Source of the DNA: Octopus sinensis
Lineage: Eukaryota
Assembly: GCF_006345805.1 (NCBI RefSeq)
Contig: NC_043010.1
Span: forward strand, 13,020,001-13,084,000
DNA: 64,000 bases
Direction of reading: 5' to 3'
The notes below the pieces were generated by a model that was not told the DNA's origin, made no database searches, and worked only from the letters and a program-made list of their open reading frames with translations. The position numbers were made by a program, and so were the translations under genes. Of the stretch, positions 12,173 to 25,500 are shown piece after piece (the stretch's first letter is position 1; each line of letters opens with the position of its first letter).

Positions 12173-12205
<33 letters not shown>

Positions 12206-12340
12206 AATGGTGCATAAAGTTGAGTTATATATTCGAATATATATATATATATATAAATTAATCAAAATAAATATATATATATATAGATATATATATATAA
12301 ATATATATGTATAATAATATATATATATTATATATATAAA
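12040..12340. repeat. (TA)n-rich microsatellite mosaic
   Basis: Direct inspection. Confidence 0.95.
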
Positions 12341-13299
12341 ACTCAACTTATGCACCATTTTGGGTATTTATACCCCACCAAAACCCCCAATATTTCAATA
12401 ACCCCCTAGTCCAATTTACACAAAATTTGTTTCATTCCATTTGTATTCACATTTCAAGGGCACCTTACTTTCAAAGTATTTTCCCATTTTGCGCCAAGCA
12501 AGGTTGGGAAGCAAGCTTCCTACCGCATAGCCATGCCTTATAGGTAGAAATATGATGCATTGTAAAATAACACAATTCTCTCCTTTGACTTGATGTCAAA
12601 ATTAAATATACTGTATGTTGCCATCAGGGTTGAAACAACCTTACCTTTATTCTTTTTATTCACTTAATGGTTTCTGATGTAGAACTGTGGCAATACGGGA
12701 GCACCCCTAAATTTATTTTCTTTCAGTTTTGTTGTCACTTTATGGCTTGAAGTTGGTCTATGATTTAGTTTGTAATTTCAGGCAAGTACAGTGAAATAAA
12801 TGCTTTGCTAAAGAGACCATGATAAGACTGAAACATGCCCTGAATTGTTTCCTATGTTTGCCAAAATAATTAAACTAATAGCGAATAGTAGCGCAAAGCA
12901 ACAAATTGAAGAAATCAACCATTACTATCTTTTGCTACTTTATTTTACTCTACTCTGCCGGAAGGATGAACCTTGGTGAGATTTGAACTCAAAACATAAA
13001 GGTTCACAGCTAAATACCACAAAATATTCTGTCCAATACTCTAATGATTCTGCTAATTCTGCCTTTAATTGAAATGGTAAAATGGTTCTAGATAATTGCT
13101 AATATTTATCCTTACCCCGTTATTATTTCAATATGAGTTTTTATTTTTCACTGAATGAAACCTATTTAAACTGACTTAACTGATACTTTTATGCAGGTTT
13201 CTTGTTTATAAAGATCATAAAGCATTTTCTTTTCAAAGTTCTTTGAAGTTGCTTTGGTTCTTTAGTTCACTAGATGCACTTAGTTCTTCCTAAACTTAT

Positions 13300-13334
13300 A
13301 CTATGTGTGTGGTGTATGATATATATATATATAT

Positions 13335-13411
<77 letters not shown>

Positions 13412-13829
13412 CATATATAATACCACACACATGTATACATGTTTGTAAGTATATATATTTATGTATTTATGTGTGCATGCTTTATATATATATATATATT
13501 ATAATATATATATATATATAATGTATATTATATGTATATGTATAATATTATATGTATATATATGTAGTATAATATGTATATATATATGTATATGTATATA
13601 TATATGTATATATATGTATATGTATATATATATATGTATATATATAATATATATATGTATATAGATATGTATGTATATATATATATATATAATATATATA
13701 TGTATTATATATGTATATATATATGTATATATATATATGTATATATATATGTATGTATAATGTATTGTATATATGTATGTATATATATATGTATATATAT
13801 ATATGTATATATATATATGTATATATATG

Positions 13830-13860
<31 letters not shown>

Positions 13861-14010
13861 GTAAATATATATTATATATATGTATATATATATATATCTA
13901 TATATAAGATATATATATATATATATATATAACATATATATGCATACATACATACATAAATACATACATACATAAATAAATACATACTACTATACATGTT
14001 CACACACACA
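13300..14010. repeat. (TA)n/(TATATG)n microsatellite mosaic
   Basis: Direct inspection. Confidence 0.97.
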
Positions 14011-14164
14011 CATCTAATATCATGCCCTCAAGACGATATTGAATGTACATAAATACTGAGAAGAGAATTCGCTAATATAAAGAATAAAAGAAAAAAATAG
14101 AAAATAGTCAATGTAACATGAACTGAAATAAGAAAAAAAAAACAAAAAAGAAAACATTCAAAAC

Positions 14165-14540
14165 AACACTTGATGGATTTAAATATTTTGGGTGAACAAT
14201 AATGGAAGATGTGAATTCTAAAGAAAAAGAAGCAAAAACATACTGGATTGCAGCAGAATCAGTGCCTTTAGCACAATTTGACCCTGTTTTGAAAATAAAA
14301 GATTTCAATGACAGCATAATTTGTTTTTTAAGAGCCATAGTAATTTCAGCTGCACTTTATGAACGGAATAATGGACATTAGATGTTGAAAGTGGAAGAAA
14401 GAAATAAAAAAGGAAAGAAAAGCAAAGAAAAGGAAGGAAAGGAAAGATCATGGCCTTTGAAATGAAATGCTTAACATTCCATGTAGAGAACATTGAATGA
14501 ATATAAGAGTGAAGACTGAAATTTGCTAGGAAGGTTGTGA
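14165..14540 (+). pseudogene. Decayed RTE-clade LINE ORF2 fragment (end of RT plus C-terminal region)
   Basis: Hand translation: DGFKYFG*TI...FLRAIVISAALYE, frameshift, WTLDVE...IMAFEMKCL; resembles RTE FKYLG..RAIVISxxLYGxExW..AFEMKCLRR. Confidence 0.75.
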
Positions 14541-14784
14541 ACTGTGAACCTCTTCTATCAGTTGTTAACCCTTTTGTTACCTTATTTATGTTAAAATGTA
14601 CTCCCTTTGTATCAATTAATTTTGTAAAATAATGAAGAATTTATGAAAAAAAAAATTCAATTTTTGCATTTGGTTTTTACAAGATTCTTTATGTGAATTT
14701 CTGTGGTGACAGACTTGAAGTCTGTCAAGCCGAAAAGGATGAAAGACGGGAAGTAGAGAGGGTTTGTCACAAATGCAGTAATTA

Positions 14785-15230
14785 ATGGTTTCAAATTTTG
14801 GAAATTTCAGGCAAGTACAGTAAAATGAATGCTTTGCTAAAGAGACCATGATAAGACTGAAACATGCCAGTAAGGGCAGTAAGCTCAGGAATGGGTACTA
14901 GTTAATTACATCAACCTCAGTGATCGACTGGTACTTTTTTCATTAACCCCAAAAGGATAAAAGGCAAAAATCGACCTCAGTTGAATTTGAACTCAAAATG
15001 TAAAGATGGATAAAATACCACAAGTATTTTGCCTGGCATGCTAATGATTCTGTTCTACTCTAGGCACAAGATTCAAAATTTCTGAGGAGGGTGGGGCTAG
15101 TCGATTAGATCGATCCCAGTAAGCAACTGGTACTTAATTTATTGACCCCAAAAGGATGAAAGGCAAAGTCGATCTCGCCAGAACTTGAACTCAGAATGTA
15201 AATACAGACAAAATACCACTAAGCATTTGG
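14785..15230 (-). mobile_element. Two adjacent SINE B2 copies; the first carries a 66-bp templated insert
   Basis: Family motifs; insert 14803-14868 matches 12774-12839. Confidence 0.8.
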
Positions 15231-16646
15231 TGTATAAGGAAGTTTGATTCCACTGCTCTCCTCTGCACCTCATGTCAGGCTGTTGGTTCATCTGCTATTG
15301 TGGAGAGGAAGATGGCTTGTTCCTTTTTGAAGATGTCTACTTCCACCTTATATATTAAAATATATATATATATATATAGGCGCAGGAGTGGCTCTGTGGT
15401 AAGTAGCTTGCTTACCAACCACATGATTCTGGGTCCAGTCCCCCTGCATGACACCTTGGGTAAGTGTCTTCTACTATAGCCTCAGGTCGCTGCCTTCACT
15501 GATGTAGAAATTAATGATGACCAAACTACTTTGACAAACCTAGCTGATTGATTGATTGACCAACAGATCAAGTACTACACTTCAAAAATAGATACTGGGT
15601 GTGATCTGTTTCACTGAAATATTTCAAGGTAGTGCTCCAGCATGGCCGTAGGTCAACGACTGAAAACATGTAGTAAAGGGTAGAAAGTTAAAAGATTAAA
15701 AGGTAGCTATTTCAGAAAAAAATGAAAAGTGAGCCATTATCTTTTTCTAAACTCAAATACCTGCAGAATACTGGCTTTGTGTCAATTAATTTTGTAAATA
15801 ATGAATTTATGAAAAAAAAAAAAAAAAATTAATTTTTGAATTTAGTTTCTAAGATTCTTGATGTGAATTCATGTGTTGACAGATCTGAAGCAGATCTGAA
15901 GTAGTAGAGAGGTCATGTCTTTGAGGAGGTCATGAATGGTGATGAAAGGACTTTGATAAACCTAGTTCATTGAATGATTGACCAAACAATTAACCAAACA
16001 ATTAATTAGTTAATTAGTTAGATGTTAACAAATTAACTAATAATAATAATAATATTAAAAGAAGTAAAATAGAACCAGTGTATCATAATAAAGTCGGTGT
16101 TTGGAACATAAATTAAATGGAAATTTTGATGGAAACTTTTAAGTCAAAGGATTCTTCAACAAAGGAAATTTATATCTTCTAACAAGAGGGGGCTTCAGAG
16201 GTAGGTTGGTACCAAAAGGGTTACAAGGTAGAAAATGATGTAATATGGTCGTGTAGCTCAAAGCTGTGATACCCTGTTTCTGTGAGAGTTTAGTCATGCA
16301 TGGACAAACTTCTAGAAAAGAGGAATCGGTAGATGACAAAAGTGGTTTGTTGAGTAACGTGAAGGAACGGAGACAGAGGAAGAAGAATGAGAGAATTGGG
16401 TGCAGCTGGTTTGGGTGCCGACAATTTGACGTGGTTGACTGGACGTCTGACCTGTATTGGTGACAGTTCGTTTTGGCCCTGGAGACATGCACACACACAT
16501 GCGCACACATTTGTGCATGTGCAAAAATATAGATATATTAATAGAAAGAGTGAGAGAGAGCAGAGAGGGTATGAGACATGAGACATGTTTATAAACATAA
16601 CTAGATGATCACACACATAACCAGAAAGAGAAGCAGGATCGTTGTA

Positions 16647-17035
16647 TCTCTTTTACTTGTTTCCGTCATTTGACTGCGGCCATGCTGGAGCATCGCCTTT
16701 AGTCGAGCAAATCGACCCCGGAACTTATTCTTTGAATGCCCAGTACTTATTCTATCAGTCTCTTTTGCCGAACCGCTAAGTTACGGGGACGTAAACACGC
16801 CAGCATCGGTTGTCAAGCAATGCTAGGGGACAAACACAGACACACAAACACATATATATATATACATATATACGACAGGCTTCTTTCAGTTTCCGTCTAC
16901 AAAATCCACTCACAAGGCATTGGTCGGCCCGGGGTATAGCAGAAGACACTTGCCCAAGATGCCACGCAGTGGGATTGAACCGGAACCATGTGGTTGGTTA
17001 GCAAGCTACTTACCACACAGCCACTCCTGCGCCTA
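16647..17035 (-). mobile_element. SINE family A, full length
   Basis: Family consensus match. Confidence 0.95.
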
Positions 17036-17099
17036 TATATATATATATATATATATCTATATATAAATTTCTCTATTTACATCATATTGAGGTGTCATT

Positions 17100-17420
17100 C
17101 TCTTGTTTACTGGCACTTGTGCGGGTGGTACGTGAAAAACAACATTCGAGCGAGGGTGTTGCCAGTGTCGCTGGACCGGCTCCTGTGCAGGTGGCATGTA
17201 AAAAAACACCACAAAAGCATGGCCGTTGCCAGTACCACCTGACTGGCCCTCGTGCCGGTGGCATGTAAAAGCACCCACTACACTCTGGGAAGGGCATCCA
17301 GCTGTAGAAACTCTGCCAGATCAGATTGGAGCCTGGTGCAGCCATCTGGTTCGCCAGTCCTCAGTCAAAATCGTCCAACCCATGCTAGCATGGAAAATGA
17401 ACGTTAAACAATGATGATGA
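17100..17420 (+). mobile_element. Repeat family C (SINE-like, internal GGTGGCACGTAAAA subrepeats, (GAT)n tail)
   Basis: AGGGCATCCAGCTGTAGAAACTCTGCC...CGTTAAACAATGATGATG; recurs at 19560, 25095, 39556, 41235. Confidence 0.85.
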
Positions 17421-17421
17421 G

Positions 17422-17856
17422 GTGTATGTATGTATGTATGCATGCATGTATGCATGCATGCATGTATGTATGTACGTATGTATGTATGTACGCATGTATC
17501 TATGTATGTATGTTTGTATGTACGTATGTATGTACGTATGCATGTATGTACGTATGTATGTATGCATGTTTGTATGTACGTATGTATGTATGTATGTGTG
17601 TATGTATGTATGTATGTACTTATGTATGTATGTATGTATGCACATACGCACGTATGTATGTAAGTACGTATGTATGTATGTATGTATGTATATGTACGTA
17701 TGTATGTATGTATGTTTGTATGTATACATGTATGTATGTATGTTTGTATGTATGTTTGTATGTATGTATGTATGTATGTATGTATGCATGTCTGTATGCA
17801 TGTATGTATGTATGCGTGTATGTGCGTGCATACGTATGTATGTATGCATGCATGTG
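17422..17856. repeat. (TATG)n microsatellite block
   Basis: Direct inspection. Confidence 0.98.
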
Positions 17857-18163
17857 AGCATGTCTTTGTGACTGCGTTTGTTTCCAGCCAACACTTGGTG
17901 TTGATATTGATTATGTACCTGTAACTTAACAGTTCCGCAAAAGAGAATAAGTCCTTGACTTTAACAACAACAATAAGTCCTGGGGCCAATTTGTTTGACT
18001 CAACCCTTCAAGGTGGCGCCTCAGCATGACTGCAATCCAATGACTGAAACAAGTAAAGTTTGTTGGTGGGGCTGGTGTTGGTGCCGGCAGAGAATTCTTT
18101 GCTGATTTCAACAATCTGCACTCTTTACTCAAGTTGACAGCATACAACTACTTTATATATATA

Positions 18164-18553
18164 CTCTTTTACTTGTTTCAGTCATTTGACTGTGGCCATG
18201 CTGGAGCACCACCTTTAGTCGAGGAAATTGACCCCAGGACTTATTCTTTGTAAGCCTAGTACTTATTCTATTGGTCTCTTTTGCTGAACCGCTAAGTTAC
18301 GGGGACGTAAACACACCAGCATCGGTTGTCAAGCGATGTTTGGGGGGGGGGGCACAAACACAACACACAAACATACATATATATATATATATGATGGGCT
18401 TCTTTCAGTTTCCGTCTACAAAATCCACTCACAAGGCTTTGGTTGGCCCAAATCTTTAGTAGAAGACACTTGCCCAAGGTGCCACGCAGTGGGACTGAAC
18501 CCGGAACCATGTGGTTCGTAAGCAAGCTACTTACCACACAGCCACTCCTACGC
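18164..18553 (-). mobile_element. SINE family A, full length
   Basis: Family consensus match. Confidence 0.95.
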
Positions 18554-19078
18554 CTTTGTTCAATTTCTTTGTTCAAGAAATTACCATATAAGTGGCCAAC
18601 TAAGAGTATCTTCAATCCAAATGTCAAACCAAATGGACAGTGACAAAGGTTGGAGGTTCGAATTACTGGTGCAGTTTTCCATTGACAGGAATCAATCCCT
18701 GAACCAAACTGTTATTTTATTCATTGACCCCCCCCCAAATGAAATAACAAAAGGATTTGAACTCACAGCACAGAGTGTCAGAATAAATAATACACAGCAT
18801 TCTATCCAACACTCTAAAAGTTCTGCGAATTTCTTGCATTTATCATTGTAATATGAGCTGATTTCAATCAATTTTTTGTTATCTTTTACTTGTTGCAGAC
18901 ATTAGACTGTGGCCATGCTGGGGTAATGTCTTCAAGAAATTTTAGTCAAGAGAATCAATGACGACACTGTTTTTATAAGATTGATATTTACTCTATCGAT
19001 CTCTTTTAGATCTGTAATACTAAATTACGAGGATAAAAACGAATGAAAACATGTTATCAAGTGATGTAGTGGGAGAAA

Positions 19079-19338
19079 AGGCGGCGAGTTGGCAGAATCG
19101 TTAGCACGCCGGGCGAAATGCGTAGCTGTATTTCATCTGCCGATACGTTCTGAGTTCAAATTCCACCGAGGTTGACTTTGCCTCTCATCCTTTCGGGGTC
19201 AATAAATTAAGTACCAGTTACGCACTGAGGTCGATATAATCGACTTAATCCGTTTGTCTGTCCTTGTTTGTCCGTTTGTCTGTCCTTGTTTGTCCGTTTG
19301 TCCTCTCTGCGTTTAGCCCCTTGTGGGTAGTAAAGAAT
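19079..19338 (+). mobile_element. SINE family B, tail variant B1
   Basis: Tail TAATCCGTTTGTCTGTCCTTG..CCCCTTGTGGGTAGTAAAGAA; internal duplication of TTTGTCTGTCCTTGTTTGTCCG. Confidence 0.93.
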
Positions 19339-19339
19339 T

Positions 19340-19775
19340 AGGTGTAGTGGGAGACAAACACAGGCACAAACACACACATACACATATATGATGGGCTTCT
19401 GTCTACCAAATCCATTCACAAGGTTTTGGTCAGCTCAAGGCTATAATAGAAAATTCTTGCCCAAAGTGCCACACAGTGGGACTGAGCCTGGAACCTTGTG
19501 GTTAGAAAGCAAACTGCTTACCACACAGCCACTTTGAAAAAACAAATTAATCATCACCATCATCATTATCATTTAACATCCGCTTTCCATGCTGGCATGG
19601 GTTGGATGGTTTGACTGGGGACTAGCGAGCCAGATGGCTGCACCAGGCTCCAGTCTGATCTGGCAGAGTTTCTACAGCTGGATGCCCTTCCTAATGCCAG
19701 CCTCTCCGAGAGTGTAGTGGGTGCTTTTACGTGCCACTTGCACAAGGGCCAGTCAGGCGGTAGTGGCAACGGCCG
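19340..19775 (-). mobile_element. SINE A 5' half followed by family C copy
   Basis: Family motifs. Confidence 0.85.
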
Positions 19776-20224
19776 AAGACATGCGTAAATTGATTAATTA
19801 ATAAATTAATCATTAGGCATAGGTATGCTTGTGTGGTTAAGAAGCTTGCTTTTTAGCCTCGTCGTTTTGAGTTCAGTCCCACCACATGACACCTTGGGCA
19901 AGCGTTTACTACTATAGCCCCAGGCTAACCAATGCCACTTGAGGCATTGTATATAATATTCAAATGAACAAGCTTTTGTGGATGTATAATTCTCCCTTCT
20001 TATTTTTAATGTCTTGAATGTGTATGTATGTATGTATGTATGCATGTATGTATGCATGTATGTATGTATGTAAGTATGTATGTATGTTTGTATGTATGTT
20101 TGTATTTATGTATGTATGTATGTATGTTTGTATGTATGTATGTTTGTATGTAAGTATGTATGTATGTTTGTATGTATGCATGTGAGGGAATTTGGTTGAA
20201 AGAAACTAAGTGGAAACCTATCTT

Positions 20225-20283
<59 letters not shown>

Positions 20284-20619
20284 TGTGTGTCTGTCTGTCT
20301 GTTTGTCCAATCACTACTACTACCACTTGACAAACAGTGTTGATCTGTTTTCATCCAGGTAATTTAGCAGTTCGACAAAAGAGACGAACAGAATAAGTAC
20401 CTGACTTAAAAAATGGAAAATACCTACAACCCTTCAAGTTAGTAAACCCAGCATGGCTGCACTCAACTTACTGAAATATGTAAAACAAGACAAAACGAAA
20501 TTATATTTCTGGTCCCAAACACCTGTAGAATAAATCTCGTGTGTCAGGTAAAGACAGTATTCCACAGGTAGAATTTTCCATTGACTGAAATGAGTAAAAG
20601 ATAACAAAATGGGGTGAAA

Positions 20620-21420
20620 TCAGCCCATATTATACTAAAAACGTAGAGGTACAGAAACAATTGTAACTGAAGGGAATTCCCAGTAAATTATAAATATCCA
20701 AATTGTGATGTCAATTATGTAATAACATGAAATTAGTTACCCCATAGTAAGAATTCAAATAAAGTCGCACCGAAGAAGGCTTTAATGCATTCCCAGAGTA
20801 TATAGAACTTAGGAGGAAATACTAATAAGGTATGTATACTAAAATCGTGAAGCATGTTACATAATAACAGGTTAATCGGATATGAAATTATAATAAAAAT
20901 TCAAAGTAAATAACTCTGAAAAGGACTTTTGTGCATCCCAGAGAATATTACCCTCAGGGGTGCTACTGTTGGTATATTCGTGAATAAGTCATTAACCGAA
21001 ATAAGTGGATCTATTGTTTAGAAAAATACTATTTTTTTTGTTTAAGAGTTGTACTGGATAAATTGCGAAAATAACTCTAACAGTTCAAATACTAAGAAAT
21101 AAGCATACTCAATTTCAATTTTACCAAATAATTTAGGAAAATAAATGAGTTATTTCCCTTGGCTATATATAATGACCCCTCCCAGGGGTGAATGGGTTGT
21201 TTTCCTCGGCTTTTAAAATAAAACATATTCGATATATAAGGATCCCTTTCAGTGGCCCCATTATCGATATTTTTCAACAATCTGAGTATGCCATCAGGTT
21301 TCCAGACATGAGTTTTACTCACGTGTCAAGTTTCGTCAAAATCGATAAAACAATGTAGGAGGAGTTAGATAACAACTTCACAAACAGACACACAGACAGA
21401 ATTTCCCACATATGTAGGAT
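20620..21420 (+). mobile_element. Probable Helentron/HINE-like non-autonomous element
   Basis: 3' end AAGTTTCGTCAAAATCG..GGAGGAGTTAG..ACAGACACACAGACAG..ATGTAGGAT into a TA run; 5' boundary uncertain. Confidence 0.5.
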
Positions 21421-21432
21421 ATATATATATAT

Positions 21433-22265
21433 AGGCATAGGTATGACTGTGTGTAGTAAGAAGTTTACTTCCTTGCCATATGGCTTTGAGTTCAGTCCCA
21501 CTGCATGGCAGCTAGGGGAAGTGTCTTCAACAAGAGCCTCAGGCTGGTCAAAGCCTTGTGAGTAGATTTAGTAGATAAAAACTGAAAGAAGCCTATTGTG
21601 TGTGTATGTGTGTGTGTGCGTGTGTGTGTGTGTGTGTGCGTGTGTGTGTGCGCGCGCGCGTGCCTATGGTTGTCCCCCGACACTGTTTGACAACTGATGT
21701 TGGTGTGTTTACACCCCCTGTAACTTAGCGGTTCGGCAAAACAAAACGATAGAATAGCTACCAGGCTTTAAAAATAGTAAAAAAAAAAATTTTTTTAAAA
21801 GGACGTAGGTCAATTCATTTGACTAAAAACTATTGAAGGAAGTGCCCCAACATGGCCGCAGTTTAATGCCGAAACAAGTAGAATATATATAAAAAAAAGA
21901 AAAGGAATATAAGTCTAGGCGTGGGTGTGTGGTAAAAAGCATGCCTCCTAACCACATGGTTCTGGGTTCAGTCCCATGGCGTGGCATATTGGGCAAGTGT
22001 CTTCTACTTTGTGAGTAGATTTGGTAGATGGAAACCGAAAAAAGTCCGTCGTATGTATATATACTCGGGTGCTTGTGTTTGTTCCCCACTCCCATCACCA
22101 TCACATGACAGCCACTGCTGGTGTGTTTATGTCCCTGTAAACTAGCGGTTCGGGCTAAGAGACCGATAGAAAAAGAACTAAGCTAAAGTTCTGAGGTAAA
22201 ATTATTCGACTAAACCCTGTTAAGGCGGTGCTCCAAATGACTGAAGCAGCAAGTAAAAGAATGAA
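21433..22265 (+). mobile_element. Two diverged SINE family A copies in tandem
   Basis: Heads at about 21433 and 21918. Confidence 0.85.
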
Positions 22266-22436
22266 AAAAATCTATGTATAATGTAAACAACCCTGCAGAC
22301 TGCAATAGTCATTGAAATGGAAATAAAATTTATAAATTTATTCTGTCTGTGCGGCCCGGTATTGGTCTGCGGCCCAGTGGTTGTGTACTACTGCGTAGAC
22401 CATTCACCTTCCTTTCGCTACCACCACCTACATCGT

Positions 22437-22836
22437 GGAGGCACAATAGCCCAGTGGTTAGAGCAGCGAACTCGCAGTCGGAGGATCGCGGTTTCGATTC
22501 CCAGACCGGGCGTTGTGTGTGTTTGTTGAGCGAAAACACCTGAAAGCTCCATGAGGCTCCGGCAGGGGGTGGCGACGACCCCTGTTGTACCCTTTCGTTA
22601 CAACTTTCTCTCACTCTTTCTTCCTGTTTCTTGTCCCCGACTTCCTACGCAACCGCTGAGCCTGGATGCGCATTCATCCATCCGTCGATGCTCTCGGTGT
22701 CGGGGGTTGACCTGCTTTCTCTTCTGCGGAGCTTACGAATAGAAAAGGACCACGTTTCGGACTTCTCCTACTACAGAGGCGCGATCTTGCGAGCTCTGGG
22801 ACGAAGACCGTTTCGCTCAACAAACAAACAAACCAC
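22437..22836 (+). mobile_element. SINE family D, tail type 2
   Basis: GGAGGCACAATAGCCCAGTGGTTAGAGCAGCG..TTTCGATTCCC head; distinct 3' half ending in (CAAA)n. Confidence 0.9.
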
Positions 22837-23231
22837 CAACAGCAAAATATATGTAGACAAGTGGTCTATTTAGATGAACTGCAAAGAGGAGACTCCCTTC
22901 CTTTACATGATAAAAATGGTCCTCTTCCCTTACATGATAAAAATGATCCACTTCCGTTACGTCTGTAACTCTGTAAAGATGACACTCCAGTGAATATTTT
23001 AACTAACAAACGAAGGTCAACTAAAAAATTTTCCATCAAATTATTTTCGCTTCTGCTAAGCTGCAGCGATTTAATTTACACTCATTGGTTTTTCATCAGT
23101 TCTCTCCCTTTAACCGTTTACTATTTCCGTGTTGAAAACTGAAAAGACGAAGAGACAGACAGGCAGACAGGGAGGCATTTCAACAGACAGACAGGCAGGT
23201 AGATAGACTGCGATAAGACAGTGAGTGGCCG

Positions 23232-24030
23232 GGATCTTTTCGGTTTGAACGGCAGTTTTTTAAAATAATTTCCACGCAACTAAACACTTTTAAACTTCGT
23301 ATAGTGGTAGAATGTGTTTATAAAACATCTTTTTCTCTTGGCTTTATTGAGAAAATTCTATAGCTTGTAAGATATTTGTTGGTTTTTTCTTCTTCAATTT
23401 CTGCAATTTCAACAATTCAATGACGTCTATTGAGGTTAAAAAAAACATTCTGTGCCGTATAAATATGTCCCTCGTTTAAGAAACAGATTGGGTTTCTCTT
23501 GTACTTGTTTCAGTCATTTGACTGCGGCCATGCTGGAGCACTGCCTTTAGTCGAGCAACTCGACTCCGGGACTTATTCTTTGTAAGCCCAGTGCTTATTC
23601 TATCAGTCTCTTTTGCCGAACCGCTAAGTGACAGGGACATAAACACACCAGCATCGGTTGTCAAGCAATGCTAGGGGGACAAACACAGACACACATATAT
23701 ATATTATATATATATATATACATACATACGACGAGCTTCTTTCAGTTTCCATCTACCAAATCCACTCACAAGGCTTTGGTCGGTCCAAGGCTATAGTAGA
23801 AGACACTTGCCCAAGGTGCCACGCAGAGGGACTGAACTCGGAACCATGTGGTTGGTAAGCAAGCTACTTACCACACAGCCACTGAAGAAAAAAAGATACC
23901 CTTTCCCCCACCCCTAACCCTAACCCTAAAACAGATTGAAATGCAATAGATCGATTCTAGGGTCATAATTATGGGTGACAATTTCATATGACACCGCTAG
24001 AAAAAGCTGCCGTTCAAACTAAAAAGATCC
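23232..24030 (-). mobile_element. GGATC-ended MITE (Merlin-like, tentative) with nested SINE A at 23496-23884
   Basis: TIRs GGATCTTTTCGGTTTGAACGGCAG / CTGCCGTTCAAACTAAAAAGATCC; 8-bp flanks AGTGGCCG and GGTGGCCA (6/8 identical). Confidence 0.85.
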
Positions 24031-24487
24031 GGTGGCCACACCATCTGACTACAGTAAGACCGAAACAGTAACATTTAAGTTGTGTAAGGGACTGGATGAA
24101 ATGGAGGTGCATATGGCTAACCACTGGCGTAGCTTGTGTACATACCGCCCCTGGACCCCACAAAAACACATACTGCCTTACAGCAGACACAAAAGTGCCG
24201 CCCTACTGTCACGTTCGTGTTAGATTGAGAGTATACAACCATTCTATATATATATATATGTATATTGTATATAGATAGACAGACAGACAGAAAGAATCAA
24301 AGATCTCAAAGCCAGTTTCCCGGATGAAGTGGCATATATATTTTCTCCCCTGGATGTGACTCCAGTCCCTTGCAGGATTACTCACTTTTGCTAGCTGAGT
24401 AGGCTGGAGCAACGAAGTGTTTTACTCAAGAACACAATCTTACAATCATGAGTAGTGCAACACCTTAACCAGCAAGCCAGGTACCTC

Positions 24488-24531
<44 letters not shown>

Positions 24532-24659
24532 AAAACGTGTATGTGTATATATGTATGTAGGTAGGTAGGTAGGTATGTACTTACATACATATGTACGTAC
24601 ATATGTGCATAGGTAGGTATAAAAAGGGAGGATTTATGATTTATATAGCTTATATATAT

Positions 24660-24890
24660 ATTTCTTTACTACCCACAAGGGGCTAAACACAGAGGGGACA
24701 AACAAGGACAGACAAACGGAGTAATTCGATTATATGACCCCAGTACATAACTGGTACTTATTTTATTGACTCCGAAAGGATGAAAGGCAAAGTCGACCTC
24801 GGCGGAATTTGAACTCAGAACGTAACAGCAGACGAAATACAGCTACGCATTTCGCCCGGCATGCTAATGGTTCTGCCAGCTCATCACCTA
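24660..24890 (-). mobile_element. SINE family B1
   Basis: Family consensus match. Confidence 0.93.
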
Positions 24891-25094
24891 CATATATATA
24901 TAGCTTATATATGTACAAGCATAGCTGTGTAGTTAAGATGTTTGCTTCCCAACTACGTAGTTTTAAGTTTAATCCCACAGTGTAGGCCCATGGACAAATG
25001 TCTTCTCTCATAGCCTTGAACTGACCAAAGCCTTGTGAATGAATTTGATAGATGGAGACTGAAAGAATCCTGAAAGAATATGTTTTTGTATGTA

Positions 25095-25500
25095 CTGGCA
25101 CTTGTGCCCCATGCTAGTAGGATGCTAAGAACACCATCCAAGCATGATCGTTGCCAGAGTGGCTAACTGGCTTCCGTGCCGGTGGCATGTAGGAGGCACC
25201 ATTCGAGTGGGATCGTCACCAGCATCGCCTTACTGGCACCTGTGCCGTTGGCATGTGTAAAAAAAATTTGAGCGAGGTCGTTGCCAGTACCGCCTGACTG
25301 GCCCCCGTGCTGGTGGCACATAAAAGCACCCACTACACTCTCGGAGTGGCTGGTGTTAGGAAGGGCATCCAGCTGTAGAAACTCTGCCAGATCAAGCCTG
25401 GAGCCTGGTGCAGCCATCTGGTTCGCCAGCCCACAGTCAAACTGTCCAACCCATGCTAGCATGGAAAACGGACGTTAAACGATGATGATGATGATGATGT
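25095..25500 (+). mobile_element. Repeat family C, long copy
   Basis: Subrepeats and (GAT)n tail. Confidence 0.88.

Noticed and set aside
12635-12700. Minus-strand exon with AAG|GTAAGG donor
   Set aside because: The sequence is a decayed SINE A tail (GTGCTCC..GCCACAGT..GAATAAAG).
16139-16616. Overlapping 60-120-aa ORFs in unique sequence
   Set aside because: No recognisable motif, starts lie in microsatellite, and no convincing splice pair was found.
22437-22510. tRNA genes at the heads of families A, B, D and E
   Set aside because: A/B boxes are present but there is no complete acceptor stem, and each continues into a SINE body.
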